Shown piece by piece: positions 25,584-39,426 of a stretch of 64,000 bases of DNA. Every line of letters starts with the position of its first letter. The stretch's first letter is position 1. This stretch comes from Vitrella brassicaformis CCMP3155 (taxonomy: Eukaryota; Protista; Chromerida). Made by a program: the position numbers and the translations under genes. The notes beneath the pieces are model-generated. The model had not been told where the DNA came from. It did not search any database and saw only the letters and a program-made list of their open reading frames with translations. The stretch spans positions 54,949 through 118,948 of the forward strand of contig CDMY01000328.1 in NCBI GenBank assembly GCA_001179505.1, given 5' to 3'.

Positions 25584-28299
25584 CACACACTGACTGACAC
25601 ACCACACACACACCATACACACACATCACACTGGAGCAACCCAACGAGTGCTGCTGTGTTGTTTTTGGCGTCTGGACTGCCTGCCTGCCTATCGTAGCGC
25701 TCTCTCTCTGTTGTGGCGGTGGGTGCTTGAGTGGGTGGATCGGCCGGCAGGTGGCCTTTTGTGAGGCAGGCACAGATGTCACACACGGACCGAACCGGCT
25801 CGTTTCGTTTCGTATATTTCTTCTCTCTTCTCTCGCTCATGTCGGTCGGCCAATGATCCGTGGCTGTGCTGTGCTGTGCTGTGCCAGCATGTGGGTTCTG
25901 ACAAATGGTGCGGTGCACGCACACCGCTGTGACGATGTCAGCTCACAGTGTGGTGGACGTGCGCCGCAGCGTCGAGAGAAACGCGTGCTGGTCACACGTA
26001 ACACGGACAGACAGACACCAGGCAGTATCGCATCGCACCACACACATGTACGGCCCTTTCTTCTTACTCCCTCATCTGCACGTGCTGCATGTCTTTCAGT
26101 CGACAGATTTCGTCAGTGGCCTTTTTCCAAACACCACGAGCAAACAGACAGACAGAGTGATCCCTCCCAGGTAGGTAGCCGCAGGGTAGCTGGCCGGTAA
26201 GTAGTGTAGGTGTCCCCTCCGTGCTCTAGTCCATGTGTCGTCCATCATCTCCACCTGCATCTCTCTCCCTCCCTCCCTCTCTCTCCCTCTCTCTCTCTGT
26301 GAGTCTATGCGTGTCGCCCCTCTCATCTCACCTGTCACCACCTGCTGCTGCACGCGTCTGTCTGTGGTGTGTGCGAGTGCCTGTTTCTGTTTTGGTCGGG
26401 GCTTTTTTCAACTGATCGAGATCGAGGTGCGGCTCGTGTGTCTGCGTGTCTGTGCATGTGGCAGTTTCTGCTGATTTCCGTCCGTGTCGTGGCCTGCCTC
26501 ATAGTAAGAGTACTGCCGGCGTCCCTCACTTGTGACCGTGTTCGTGTATTTTTTGTCCCTTCTACCAGTACGCATTGCAATGCGTGACGCCCATATCGCA
26601 GTCACAGCCAGGTCGGTCTCGGTCGGTGGGCCATGATCTAGGTGACTTTATTCCTTTTTGCTGGAGAGAAGCCACTGAGTGCCCAGCAAGAGAGCCGGCT
26701 CGTCAGTCGTCTGCTGCCTGTAGTGTGTGAATGTGCCGGCGATGCTGGGTGTCGCGCTGGAGGTAGAGAGCGATCTTTGCCCTGCCTTGTGCTGCAGACA
26801 GGAGATACCTCTCTGCCGCCAGCCATGCACACGGCAATGCCGGCACAACGCAACACGCGCACACCTGAGAAAGGCTACACACAGGATGTCCGTCCACAGG
26901 ATGCATGCACCCCTTTTGGTGTCCTTCTGTCTCGTGTCGCACTTGGAGCATTCTGCTTGCCTGAGGGCAGACAAGTGAGATACATTCCATCCACCGGATG
27001 GATGGATGGATGGACAGTGAGTGAGACGCTCAGCTGCGCAACTGTGAGTACGTGTGAGTATCTATCCTTTTTATCGCGCGCGGTAGGGAGAGACCGACCT
27101 GCCTGCCGACGCTGCGTCTGCATGGCATGGATGATGGACGCATTCTCCTATTGATTGATTTGTTTGTATGTGTATGTGTGTGTGTGTGTGTGTATGTACC
27201 TTCCTCCACCGACCAGCCACTCTATCTATTTGTCTATGTCTATGCCGCACCCACCCGCTCTGACTCTCTCTCTCTCCCCGTCTCTCCCTCTACCCACAGC
27301 ATCCATCCCTACGTGTGTTCTCTCTCATGTGTTAGTTTGATCCGCATCTGGCTGGCGAGACCAACAGACAGACAAACAGGCGCTGAGTGACATTGTGTGG
27401 CATTCATTGTGTGGCAGAGAGAGACGGAGACAATGCCTGCCCATGGGTTTTTCACCTCTACAATGCCCTTTCACCTATACAATAGATAGATAGCTATCAT
27501 GAATCATACGGTGGTGGTGATCTTCACCTGCCTGCCTGCCTGCCTGGCCGTTTCCCTGACGTCTCTGTGCGTGTGTGTGTGTGTGTGTGCGTGCGTGTGT
27601 CTACTATGCTTGAGAGCCGATCCGACAACCGGATCGCTCACACACAGACGGACAATCCGTGTATGTATGTGTCATTCATCAGAAGCCGTCCGTCGTCAAA
27701 TATCCCTTGAGCCATACATAGGTCGATCGACACACACAAAACCCTACCGCAGTCCGTCGCACAAAGTCGAAAATGCATAGGGACCTACACCACACCGACC
27801 CGACCCGCACCAGACAGACCGGCATCTCTCCTTGCCGACCCTCACCGTCCGGCGCCTGGCCAACCAACAAGACTACCAGGCACCGCACTCACTGAGAGGT
27901 TGGCGGCCAAAAGAGATTGATTCATCAGACGCAGTATCTTACGACCACGCAGCAACTGCAGCGCATCAACGAGAAGGGGGAAAATTTTGCACTGGAGCGG
28001 AACCCAATGCCTCATATCATCCAACAGCCAAGCAGCGCGAGAAGTGTCGTCTCGCCACACACACACGATGTGAGCCCTACATCCGTGCAAACGGATTGCA
28101 TCGAGCCTCCCTGTCCGACAAGTGGGACGGCACCGTCACAGCCACAGGGCCGGATGTGACAGCACCGTGCCTTCCGTCGGATAAAGAGACAACGACGCTT
28201 ACCTGTGCAGCCAGCAATCATTCGGCAGATAGATAACACAGAAAAAGACCAAACCTAAGTCACGCCCTAGAAACGCTGCCAATCTATCTATCTGTCTGG

Positions 28300-29623
28300 C
28301 TAGAATTGTATCTCGACCTTTCCGAACCCGTCAAAGGACCCATCGGCCTTATCGCCCGCCGCCACCGGTGTCATGCCCGTGGTCGTGCCCGTGCTGATGA
28401 CCTGACCACCATACAGACTCACGCCCCGGGGCGACAGAAAGTTGACCTGCCACACCAGACACCACCAAACCAACGGGATCCGTCCGGTCCATATCATTCA
28501 TCATTCATTCGCTCACTCCAGGTCAGTCAAGTGATCTGATCACCCACCCACCTACCAGCCAGTGCAGCGCCGTCAGTGGGTTGCCCAGGACCTCAGCTGA
28601 CGTGCCCGAAGCCACCGTCACGTTGTTGACCGACAGGGAGACTGGCACCGGCGTGTCGAATAAAGGAGTGGTGGGCGAGGGCGGGGAGGCCTCGCCCAAC
28701 ACGATCTCGCCACAACCGCCCTGACAAGATGCAACAGAGAGAATGAAATGAGCAGGGCAAGAAGGGCGTGCCATCCTTTTCTGTGAGAGTGAGGGGTTGC
28801 CGCTCGTCTACAGATATCGCTCACATAGTCAGCGATCACAAACGGCGCAGGTGTGGTCTTGAAGAGGGTCTGCTCGGGCACCCTGGGCCTCACCACCTCA
28901 TACGCCGGGATAATGGCACCTGTCCAACGAACGAACAGAGAGAGGGAGATGCAGTCAGCCTGTGTCTGTCTGTGAGCCTCTGTGTGTGTGTGTGTGTGTG
29001 TTGCCTCACTCACCCACAGCGTCGGTCACTTGTTCCATGGAGTAGACGTCGCCCTGCTCGCCTCTGCTGGGCAAGTCGTGCTTGAGCTTGAGCACGAACT
29101 CGCACTCGATGCCCCGGACGTTGTCGCTGCTCGTCTTGGCCGGCGACTGCACCACACGGAACACGGCGCCACACCAGCATTCCGACAGGCCTGCCATGAT
29201 CCGCCGGCCAAAAAGGATGAGGAGAGATTTATGTATGCCACTAGGTATGTCATGTCCATGCAGGCACGCAGACTCAGTCACTGACTGACCCAGTGCTTCT
29301 TGCTGTGCCTTTTTGCACCCTCCAATCTTCCATCCCAGGGGGTGATCGAGGCCCATCTTCTTGCATGTCTTGTCGATGACCAACCGCTGCACCTGGAAAC
29401 CTACACACACAAACCAACGAAGGAAGCACACCTGCATCTCCTTCCTCCACTCTCTCCCCGCCGCGGCGGCCCGCCCACCTTCCTCAGCGTTTATCGGTCC
29501 CCATCCGCCGGCAGCATCGAGGTAGTCGTCATAGGCGGCGTTTGTGGTGCCCATGAAGGCATCCACCAACTTGTCGGCCATCCCGTCGGCTGCCTCTGGG
29601 ATGGGCGGCATGGAAAGTGCCAT
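28300..29623 (-). CDS. 2-keto-4-pentenoate hydratase (MhpD)-like, FAH superfamily
   Basis: GWKIG, IECEFVLKL, AIIPAYEVV, VIAD, GNPLTALHWL, GQVISTGTTTG, FDGFGKVEIQF-stop over several exons. Confidence 0.85.
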
Positions 29624-29716
29624 GGTCAGATCTTGGTGAGAACGTAGAGGAGAATGCCGTCGGCTCAACTTCTGGTGCACGAACCCAGAAGGCTTCAAGG
29701 CGTGTCTTGCTTGCGT

Positions 29717-29727
29717 CTAAGCTCGCA
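29717..29727 (+). promoter_or_regulatory. Upstream motif copy (CTAAGCTCGCA)
   Basis: In the 228-bp mhpD/PEX2 divergent spacer. Confidence 0.55.
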
Positions 29728-29851
29728 GGCGACTCAAAGGGGAACGGGGAGGAGCGCTTGTATGGCGCTCAGCAGGACGCAGCACACTGTGAGGAAGACA
29801 GATCTTCCGATTTCGTGGACGTTTCATGATACAGCACTTGACCGTCGTGGA

Positions 29852-30925
29852 ATGGAAGCACCTGAGACAACTTTGCGCGTCAACCAGCTGGATGCCGCCC
29901 GCCTCGACAGCGAGATCCTCTCCCTCCTCACATCCGGGTTCGCCAGTGCATTCAGACTCTTCCACGAGGGCGTGTTCGACAGATGGCGGCCTGAAGTGGA
30001 TGCACTGCTCCGCCTGGTGGTCTGGCGGTACACGACACTCGCAGACAGGCCATCGCCCGGCGATTCCCTGCAGAACGTCAAGTACAGAGGGTGGCCGCAT
30101 GAGCGTGCGGGCGATGGGCGGCATGTGGATGCCGGGATGCAGCGGCTGCCGGCGAGGCAGAAGTACGGCATTATGCTGCTGACGATTGTGCTACCGTGGG
30201 CGGTGGCTCGGCTCAAGAGGCTGATGGATGACGAGAGATGGGAGGACGGTGAGAGGCCTGGGGTTCAGCCTTATCGTGCGCTGAGGAGGGTGTTTACTGT
30301 GGTGGAGCGGGCGTATGAGGCGGCCACGTTGGTCAATCTGGTGGTTTTTCTGAAGGCCGGCGTCTACCGGTCGGTGGCCGACCGGCTGCTGCGGTTGCGG
30401 ATGCACCACGTGGACCCCACCCTCCCGCGGCAGATATCCTTCGAGCTGATGGACCGACAGCTCTACTGGCACTCATTCACCGACCTCCTCCTGGTCGTCA
30501 CGCCACTCGTCAACCTGAGGCGAGTGCGGCTAATGCTGAGGCGGTCGGCCGACCAGGCGACGGCATACGTGACCAAACACGCCAGGAGGGTGCCGCTGCT
30601 GGCCAGACACATCCCGAAGCTTCAAAGAGAGAGGCCTTCATCCGGTATGAGTGCTGCCTCTGTTGGTGCGTGTGGTATGTGCGGAGCGTCGCCCATGGTG
30701 TGTGCCCATCGGACGATGCCGTGCGGTCATATGTTCTGCTACTACTGCATCGCCATGGCAGTGAGAGAGGGTGGGCTGACTGGGGTGGAGGGACAGCAGC
30801 AGGGGGTGCTGCTGGGGAAGGGGAGAGGCGGCGGCATGACTGTGAGTAGCACTGATGGGTCTATAGCAGTGGGGTGTCCAGTGTGTGGTGAGCGTGTCGT
30901 GACACTGACGAGGTGTGGGCTGTGA
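29852..30925 (+). CDS. PEX2: Peroxin-2, peroxisomal RING protein (single exon)
   Basis: LRVNQLDAARLDSE, SPGDSLQNVKY, FLKAGVYRSVADRLL, RQISFELMDRQLYWHSFT, and C-terminal RING CGMCG...CGHMFCYYC...CPVCG. Confidence 0.92.
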   Translation: MEAPETTLRVNQLDAARLDSEILSLLTSGFASAFRLFHEGVFDRWRPEVDALLRLVVWRYTTLADRPSPGDSLQNVKYRGWPHERAGDGRHVDAGMQRLPARQKYGIMLLTIVLPWAVARLKRLMDDERWEDGERPGVQPYRALRRVFTVVERAYEAATLVNLVVFLKAGVYRSVADRLLRLRMHHVDPTLPRQISFELMDRQLYWHSFTDLLLVVTPLVNLRRVRLMLRRSADQATAYVTKHARRVPLLARHIPKLQRERPSSGMSAASVGACGMCGASPMVCAHRTMPCGHMFCYYCIAMAVREGGLTGVEGQQQGVLLGKGRGGGMTVSSTDGSIAVGCPVCGERVVTLTRCGL

Positions 30926-31259
30926 TTGATGTACATACATATAGTGAGGAGGTGCGAAGCGAAGGCCCGGTAAGGTCGCGTCGTCTGTGTTGTGTATTCA
31001 CTGACCAATTTATGTCAGTCACCTTGCCCGATGGATTCACTCACTGATCCGTTTATAAAGCCAACCAACATCAGTACGTATGTATGTGAAGTTTCCTTGT
31101 AGGCCAGGCACGCCCCAGTCAGTACTCTAGCGCTAGTGATGGATATCATATCGAATGCTCACACAAATGAACAAGTGCGTATGCCTATACGTTTACGTAC
31201 ACATGAGCGGGACATTGCATTGCTCGCACAACTAAAGACAGTGTCTGAACCGATCAGGA

Positions 31260-32717
31260 TCAGTAGGTCGACAACAGAGCACTCCCGCCGCCCCCGCCCC
31301 CGCCCCCGCCCCCGCCGCTGCTGGCAGCTGCCCCCTCACTGTCGCCCTCGCCCTGGCCGCCCTCTTGCGTCCTGTATTTGACGGCACTTGGCGTGTTGTA
31401 CGCGCCGTGTTCCACCAGCAAGAACTGGGCCAGCTTGGCCAACGAGTTCACCTGTGGGGTGGGGTGGGGAAACAAACACGCATATGTATGACACAGTAGG
31501 GTGTGGTAGCATGCATCCATGTGTTGTTTGTAGGTATCCACACGCACCTTCTCTTTGGTGACTTGATTCAGCGTCTTCAAGGAGGCCTTCTCCTTCGCAG
31601 TCCGCGCAGCCACCTGCAGATCGTCCCACAGGATCCACACAAACATCCAGCATTTGTGTATCGGTGGCTGGGCGAGTGGAGGTGCATACCAACCATTTCC
31701 TGGCTCATGCCGGCATTGGCTACCGACAGGAAGTCGAAGCTCATCCCGGATGAGAGGCCTGGAGGGACGGGGGCCTCAAAAGGCCACACGGGGGGCATTC
31801 CGTAGATCCACAAGACCTGCACACACACACACACATAGTCAGCCTGTGTGTAGTGTGTCCATCTGTCGGCATGTATACGCTTTCCCTCGTCCGGTTCATG
31901 TGGAATTCGTTGGTGACGAAGACGAGGCTTCTCATGTCCATCGGCTCCGTGATCAGCCGACGGAGGGCGTAGATGTTGCCTGTGGATACACGCACACAAA
32001 CAAACATCCATACGTGTGCAGGCGCCATTGATGCGGCATACATACCGATGGTGTCGAGGCTCCACCTCTCCATGAGTATGCGGTCTGTCGACACGCCATG
32101 CTCTGCCAGATACCTGCACGGACACACAGGGAGGCAGGCAGGCAGGCACAGCAAGTCCATCCACACACACACATGCACTTCATCTGTGGCTGCTGATGGA
32201 TGGATGGATGGCATTGCCCCAACTTGCTAGCTCACTTTGCCCCTGCCGCCGCTTCATCGATGGGCACGCCTTCGCTGTCGAGTGGAGGCGCCTTGTGAGT
32301 CGTCCCCCTGCAGCGCAGAAACAAACGCACAGAGAACAACGCAATCGATGGATGAACATGCCTACACGCACACATACACACGCACACACACACTCACCGT
32401 GAGAGCAGGATGTAGTATTTGGTCTGTTTGTCCAGCGTCAGGGCCCTCTTCAGACGCTCCACTACCCACGGATGCGGAACCCTGCAATGCATTAATGACG
32501 AACGAACGGACAACAGACAGACAGACACATGTTGGTGAGTGAATGGATGGATGCGCATGTGGGCATATATGTGCATCTGGCCGTCATGCGCTGGAGATCT
32601 CCCTCCCTCTCACCCCTGCTGGTCCACCCCGCCGCCCGGAATGATGACTGCATCATACATGGGCGGCTCATCTTCGCTCTTTCTCTGCGTCTTGCTCATG
32701 CAGCAGCTCTGTGCCAT
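31260..32717 (-). CDS. DUF218 / YdcF-like protein
   Basis: Spliced YDAVIIPGGG, ERLKRA, EAAAGAK, YLAEHGVSTDRILMERWSLDTIGN, LVFVTNEFHMNR. Confidence 0.85.
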
Positions 32718-32772
32718 TGTTCCTTCGGGAGATCAACAAACGGGACCATACTTCAACACCAGCGACGGTGCT

Positions 32773-32783
32773 TCAAGCTCGCA
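32773..32783 (+). promoter_or_regulatory. Upstream motif copy (TCAAGCTCGCA)
   Basis: In the 124-bp DUF218/2GST_N divergent spacer. Confidence 0.55.
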
Positions 32784-32841
32784 GATCGCTGCTGACACAA
32801 ACCAAGCCAGCCGGCCAGCGCAGCGCGTGAATCTGTCCTGA

Positions 32842-35391
32842 ATGGAGATGTTGAATGCAGTCAAGATGCACGCGAAAAGTGCGCTGCAGAATCCCATGAA
32901 GTACGTGCAGACCCTCTTCGTGATGGCAGGAGCTTACTGGGTGAGTCATTCAAGTACCTCGGTGCTCTTGTCTGTCCTATCTGTCCCCTTGAAGGCAGAC
33001 AGGCAGACAGACAGAAAATCTCCTCAAACACTTTGCCGTGTGGCGATTGGTGTGCGTCCGTCCGGTGATGCAGGGCCTTCTGTTTCAGTGGATCATTGAC
33101 ACGCTCCCCATCGTAAGACGTGACAACACTGCAGCGGGGTGCACGCAGAGGAGACTGTCCGGTGTGTGTAGGCCATTGTGCAATGGATTGACCTCGCCAC
33201 GCTGGTAGGTAGAGTGCGGGCACAAACAAACAGACAAACAGAGAGTCGTGCGGATGCACGTGCAGCAGCTGTGTCAGAGGGGTGTGTGTGTGTGTGTGTG
33301 TTTGTCATGTGTCTTCAGCTGCCTTCATGGGCGCTGCGCCTGGTTGCCGGCGAGTTTGCTGCGGCCGGTGAGTGGCTGAGCGCACGTCGACAGATGCCAT
33401 GCGCGTGCGCGTACGGGTGTATGCACATATGGATGTGTGGATGTTTGTGATTGCTGCAGGCGTGCACAACTGCCAGCGGCCAACCAAGACAATCATCCTC
33501 TACGAGTGAGACAGAGAGGGAGAGTCCATCGACATGTACATCTGTCTGTCTGCCCGCCTGCCTGCCTGCCTGTCTCTGTGTGTACGTCAGGTTTGAGGTG
33601 ATCTTGGCATGTTGGTGTTTTGTGTGAGGTCTGTGTGGTTTGTGTGTGGGATGGTCTGTGTGGGGTACAGTGGTGTCCCTACTGCAAGAAGGTCCGCGAA
33701 GCCCTCAGCACACTCGACCTGGACTACGTCTGCTACCCATGTACTGTACGCCCACAGGCCAACACACGCACACACATGTACACATTCATGCCTGTGTGTG
33801 TGCGGGCCATGTACGTGTGCAGGTCCGCGGACGACTTTCAAGGCCCGCAATGTGACGGAGGGGTCGAGATACTGCCCTGTGGCGCAGACGGCTGGCGGCA
33901 AGGCACAGTTCCCTCTACTGAGTGAGGAAAGGAAAGCGACATACATACATGATGTGTGGGTGAATGGATCTCGCGTGTGTGTGTAGTTGACGACAACACG
34001 GGCACCAAGATGTATGAGAGTGCGGCGATCGTGCAGTACCTTTGGGACACCTACGGCAAAGACGCGCAGAAGCCACTCACATACAAGGTAGCTAGCTAGG
34101 TTTGCTGCATACGTACACACATACAATTGTATGTGTGTACACATACATAAGTGTACACATACGCATCACATACACATACATACGTATGTATACGTATGCG
34201 TATATGTACGTGTACGTATACACAATGCCGTGCATCCATGGCCATGCATGTAGGTATGCCGTGCATCCATGGCCATGCATGTAGGTAGGTATGGACGCTG
34301 TGTGGCTTGTCTGTCTGTCTGTCTGTCTGACTGTCTGTCTGTATGTCAGATTGCGTCCTCGCCCTACTACGAGATGCCCTCCCTCATGATCAGCGGCATC
34401 TTCCGTGAGCACATACACATCTGCATGGACACACACACACACAGAGAGATACCCACGGCCGTGTGTTGTTGTATGCGCTTGGATGACAGGTCCTTTGTGG
34501 TACATGGGTATGCTCAAGGCACCCTCCACGCTCCCTGAGAAGGTGCATGGGTGACAGCAGAAACACGCGCCCATATTTTTACATGCATAAGGGCGTCCAA
34601 TGTGTGTGCAGCACCTCGAGCTTTGGGGCATGGAGCCGTCCCCATTCGTCAAGCGCGTCCGGGAGGTCCTCTCCAGCCTGTAACCAAACAAACACAAGCA
34701 AACACACACACTGTTCCCAACCTGTATAAACACGTGTATGTGTGTGTGTGTGTGTGTCAAGTGAGCTGCCGTACCTGATGCACACGACGCCCGTCGGCAG
34801 CAGCAAGCGCGAGATATTCAAGAAGCTGTATGGCGACAAGGTAGCGACTCAACTCAAGGGGCCATCCGTCCCGTCCGTGTGTGCAATGCATTGACTGGCG
34901 TGTTCAGTTGCCGCAACTGCGGAAGAGTGCGGGTTTGATCAAGGTGCCCTTTTTGTACGATCCCAACACGGGTATGTATGCCTCCACTTGCCCACACACG
35001 CATGAGCACCTTCGTATCTATCTCTGCATACGTACGTATTCGTGGGATGTTTGTGTACTGATTGCAATGCAATGCAGGCAAGGAGATGTTTGAGAGTCTG
35101 GAGATCGTCAAGTACCTCATGGTGAGCCAGCCCAGCAAGCATCACACAAGACACGCGCATCCATCCATCCATCCATCTCACGATGTGTGCAGGAGACGTA
35201 CAAGAGCGGCCCCGCGCCCACCGAGACCCTCTTCGACTACGTCAACTTCCTCAAAGCCGGTAGGTAGCTGCACATGTCATGTGTCGCAACAGACACACCA
35301 CATGACGGGAGCCACCCGTGTAGTCCTACGGACTTGATGTCTGACATGTGTGTGTGTGTGTGTGTGTGTAGGCGACAAGAAGGCCGAGTGA
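32842..35391 (+). CDS. Tandem GST-N/glutaredoxin-like domain protein (2GST_N type)
   Basis: IILYEFE, WCPYCKKVREALSTLDL, GGKAQFPLLVDDNTG..MYESAAIVQYL. Second domain LELWGMEPSPFVKRVRE...VPFLYDPNTG..MFESLEIVKYL. Ends GDKKAE-TGA at 35391. Confidence 0.85.
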
Positions 35392-36043
35392 CTGCTGCAG
35401 CCGCACCAAGGACGTCAGTCAGGTCGTCGATTTTGACTCGTATCTTTCGTACGTACACACACCTGTGTGTGTGGATCGATGCGTGTGGCACGTGGGGCTT
35501 CAAGTTCTTTTCGACACTGACACAGTCTCGAATTAAGAGTTTTTCTGCCCTCCTGTCTGTCCCTTTTTCTATGTATCTTTGTATGTGTGTATGTGTGTAT
35601 GTTTGTGTGTTTGTGTGTATGTGTGGAGATCCCTTTGTGTGTGTACGGCTGATGGCTGGCTGCATCCTTTCGATCTGGCTGCCTGTCTGTCTGTCTTAGC
35701 GTGTGTGACCTTCTGTGTGCATGCGGGGTTGCTTGGGGCGGTTGTCGGAAGCATCAGTTCAGCCATCGACGGGTGCATTGATGCTTCTGTCCACTCGAGC
35801 AACTCGACAGGCACACGGAGGGACGAACACCTCAGCCACATACTCGTATACTATTTTCTTGTGTGGGCGACCGAGGCGACCGACGAGAGGGGGACGGACA
35901 TTTTATGGATCACGGAGCTAGCACACACGTAAGTTGACGCCGAATCCATCCGCGCCCAGCAGCGACAATTGTAAACACGCGTGACCCGCTGCGATCTCAA
36001 AGTTGCGATTGCTGGTGCGGGCGGTGAGGGAGAGGGAGTGAGG

Positions 36044-37145
36044 ATGCAGCCGCCGTATTCGGTTTCGTCCAACGCGCCCTTCCCAGCCCATGCCGCATAC
36101 GGACAATCCCAGGTACGCAGCACCGTGTTGTGTTGCCCTTCCATCCATCTGGACCATCCCTTTGATGGCACGGTGGGTTTGTATGGCAGGCCTCTCGCCC
36201 GCCAATGTATCCCGCTGCCGGCCGTCCGCTGCTCACGGCATCTCAGGGAGGCATCGCGGCCAACAAAGGTATGTCGGTGAAATGGTAGATGCCTGGATCT
36301 GGTGGTTTGGATGGATGGATGGATGTGTGTGTGTGGTGGTCAGCTGCTGAGGGCGGGCACGGATTGCCGCTGACGTTGTCGCACGGAGGTATGTACGCCA
36401 AAAACACCGCACACGACGCCAAAGTCGTTGGTTTCTGGATCTGATCTGTGTATCTTCGTTTTCTCTGATGGTTTCACCCAGCGACTCCCATCGCGACTAC
36501 CGGAGCTCGCCGCTCTGGTCGGTACCTCCATCCAGCCCTTCATCCATCCACTATATCTTTCCATCTATGTGCACTGCAGGCACCGGTCCTCACCCCTCGT
36601 CGTACATGATGCACCCGATGCGTCCGGCCGCGGGCGCCATCAACATGCCCGGCGGTTTCATGCCCACCGCTGCAGCGCAAATCATGCAGGTACCTTAGTC
36701 ACGTGGGTGGGCGTGGGTGTGGGTGTGAGTGGGTATATGGGCACACAGAGAGATGGAGGGGAGGGGTGGATACGTACTTACTGAACGTGTGCGGGTGTGG
36801 CGTTGCGTTGCGTTGCGTTTGTGTGTCTGCGCAGCCAACGCCGTTGTCGTACCAGCCGCAGCACATGCGCCTTCAGGGCACCACCGGCACCACTGCCGCA
36901 GTAGCAGCCACCAACATGCAGAGGGGCGCCATGATCATGCAGGTACCCAACCCCCCACACCCCCTAAATACACCCCACCCACAGACATTCTTGTGGATTC
37001 ATCCATGTGTGTGTGTGTGTGTGTGTGTGTGTCTATGTGCAGGGTCCGCACACGGGAGTGAAGTTGATCACGGCTGAGGGTGGCGGGAGTGTGGGTGTCA
37101 GTGCGGGGGGACTCATAGGGGGATACGGCCAGGTGCGGACAGACA

Positions 37146-37178
<33 letters not shown>

Positions 37179-39426
37179 CACACACACACAAGAAAGAGAG
37201 AGAGATCCGTTTGTGTGTGTCTGTGTCTGTGTAGGGTGTGGGTGGCGTTAGCGGCATCGGTGTGGCGGCGGCCAATAAGGGCGTGGGGGGGACTGCAGGC
37301 GGGACCAAACAGGTATGCATGCCTACGTCTGCATACACTGCACTGCACGTGTGGGTGCTCTTCGTCTGATTGATGTACCTGCCTCAGTATGACGGCAAGA
37401 AAGCTGCCAAGTTTGAGGAGATGGAGGACGACATCGGACAGATCGTTAGGTACATAACCACAACCACAACCACACACACGTGTTTACATACGTGTCCGTG
37501 TCTGTGTGGATGCTGGCTGCAGTGGTATGGAACGTTTGTCGGCCATCGAGATAGCCAAAGCCAAGGAACAGAAGGAGGCGCGGGAGGTGCGTACACATAT
37601 TAACCACACCCATCATACCGCATAGCTCCACATCACATCCACCTTTCTGCCTGTCTGTCTGCCTGCGCGCAGGAGATAAATGCGTTGGTTGAGAAGCTCA
37701 AGGGCAAAGTGGGCGACATGAAGGTCGGAATCCGACACCACACCCCTGCACCATACACACACCCACACACCCAACACCCAGTCGTGTGGACGCATTCACG
37801 TCTGTCTGTGAGTGTGGTGGGTGTGTCTGTGTGTCTGTGTGTGCCATCTGCAGTTGGCGGCGGCGGCGGCCCCGCCGCCCTCCGTAGCCCAGCCCAACAT
37901 CAGCATCACCAAACTATCAAACACCAGCGGTATACACACACACACACACACACATGGATGGATGGATGGATGTGTGCTGCAGGTCCGAAGCCTCCCTTCT
38001 ACTGGGTGCCGAGTACCGACTACGTCGATGTATGTGTGTATCTACAGGCAGACACACAACACCCTCACACACACACGCACACACACACACACAAAAATAC
38101 ATATGCTTCTCTACAGGAGTTTGCGATTACGGGCGCCCACCACGAGGTAGTCACCAAAGTGCGCGACTTCGAGGACCAGGTGACCCCCCCCNNNNNNNNN
38201 NNNNNNNNNNNNNNNNNNNNNNNNNNNNNNNNNNNNNNNNNNNNNNNNNNNNNNNNNNNNNNNNNNNNNNNNNNNNNNNNNNNNNNNNNNNNNNNNNNNN
38301 NNNNNNNNNNNNNNNNNNNNNNNNNNNNNNNNNNNNNNNNNNNNNNNNNNNNNNNNNNNNNNNNNNNNNNNNNNNNNNNNNNNNNNNNNNNNNNNNNNNN
38401 NNNNNNNNNNNNNNNNNNNNNNNNNNNNNNNNNNNNNNNNNNNNNNNNNNNNNNNNNNNNNNNNNNNNNNNNNNNNNNNNNNNNNNNNNNNCCCCCCACA
38501 CACACACACAAAACACATATGTCTTCTGCCCATGCATGATTCATGGACGTCCTCCCTCGTGTGTGCAGGGTTGGGTGATCCCCGTGTCGGGGACGCTGCG
38601 CATCAGCAGAGGGGCCTTCTACAAGTACACACACCACGGGCATACCATACAGATGTCCATGTGTTTGTGTATGTGCGTCAAACAGGTGGTCCTTTTCGAT
38701 TCTCAAGAAGTGTGCGCACCGCCCCCAGCTGCAGTTCGGTGTCCACGGCATGAACCACGAGGTCAGTCAGCTCAGGCAAGGCAAACACCCCCCCCCCCAC
38801 TCGATGTCTGTCCCCCTCCCTGTCTGTCCGTGTGTGGTTCCGTGTGTGTGTCTGCAGAAGCCCTGGCGTTTGATAACGACCTCCCGCTGCAGCCGATCGC
38901 GGGACGACGAACCCTGGCAGGCACGCAATACACACACAGACAGACAGGACAGGAATGGACACACAGATGGATGTGTGATGTGTGGGTGGGGTGTGTGTAG
39001 GATCGTCCGGGTGGCGACCGTCTGATAGACGAGGGCAATGTGGTGCACGTCGAGGTCGACATGAGGCCACTCAACGGCAAGGAATTCGGGTGCGTCAACA
39101 CAAGGCCTGAAAAGGATGCACACACCCATGCATACACTCACATGGAAGTCTCCCGGTCTCCCTGCGTCTCTGTGTGCCGCGATGTGTCAGTTCGCTGTCG
39201 TATGCTGTCAACGACGAGGAATGGGAGGTCGCCTTCGAGGTCACTCAGTCACTTCACTCACAGACACACACAGCCCATGGTTGGTTGTGCCCGTGACGGA
39301 TATATCATGTGTGTGTGTGTGTGTCTTGGGTTGGTGTAGGATTTGCCGTTGGACGAGACGCTGCTGATGCCAATAGTGTCGATGGGCGGCGACGGCTGCT
39401 CCGTCAAACTACTCAACAACTACTAA
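36044..39426 (+). CDS. Hypothetical multi-exon protein, Gly/Gln/Met-rich N-terminus and possible SPRY-like C-terminal domain
   Basis: Many short exons between GT-AG microsatellite introns. C-terminal EGNVVHVEVDM...NGKEFG...DLPLDETLLMPIVSMGGDGCSVKLL resembles SPRY C-terminal strands. Stop TAA at 39426. Confidence 0.55.

Noticed and set aside
25700-27700. Several 60-170 aa ORFs between the RBR-like and mhpD-like genes
   Set aside because: No consistent frame, codon bias or motif; treated as intergenic or UTR.
27790-28240. Non-repetitive 134-aa ORF with KWDG, faintly like a Ty3/gypsy integrase tail
   Set aside because: No other integrase or RT motifs, no LTRs and weak codon bias.
29852-30925. 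Intronless PEX2 as a possible retrogene
   Set aside because: No poly(A) or TSD remnant; exons over 1 kb also occur in purH, the channel and the PKS gene here.
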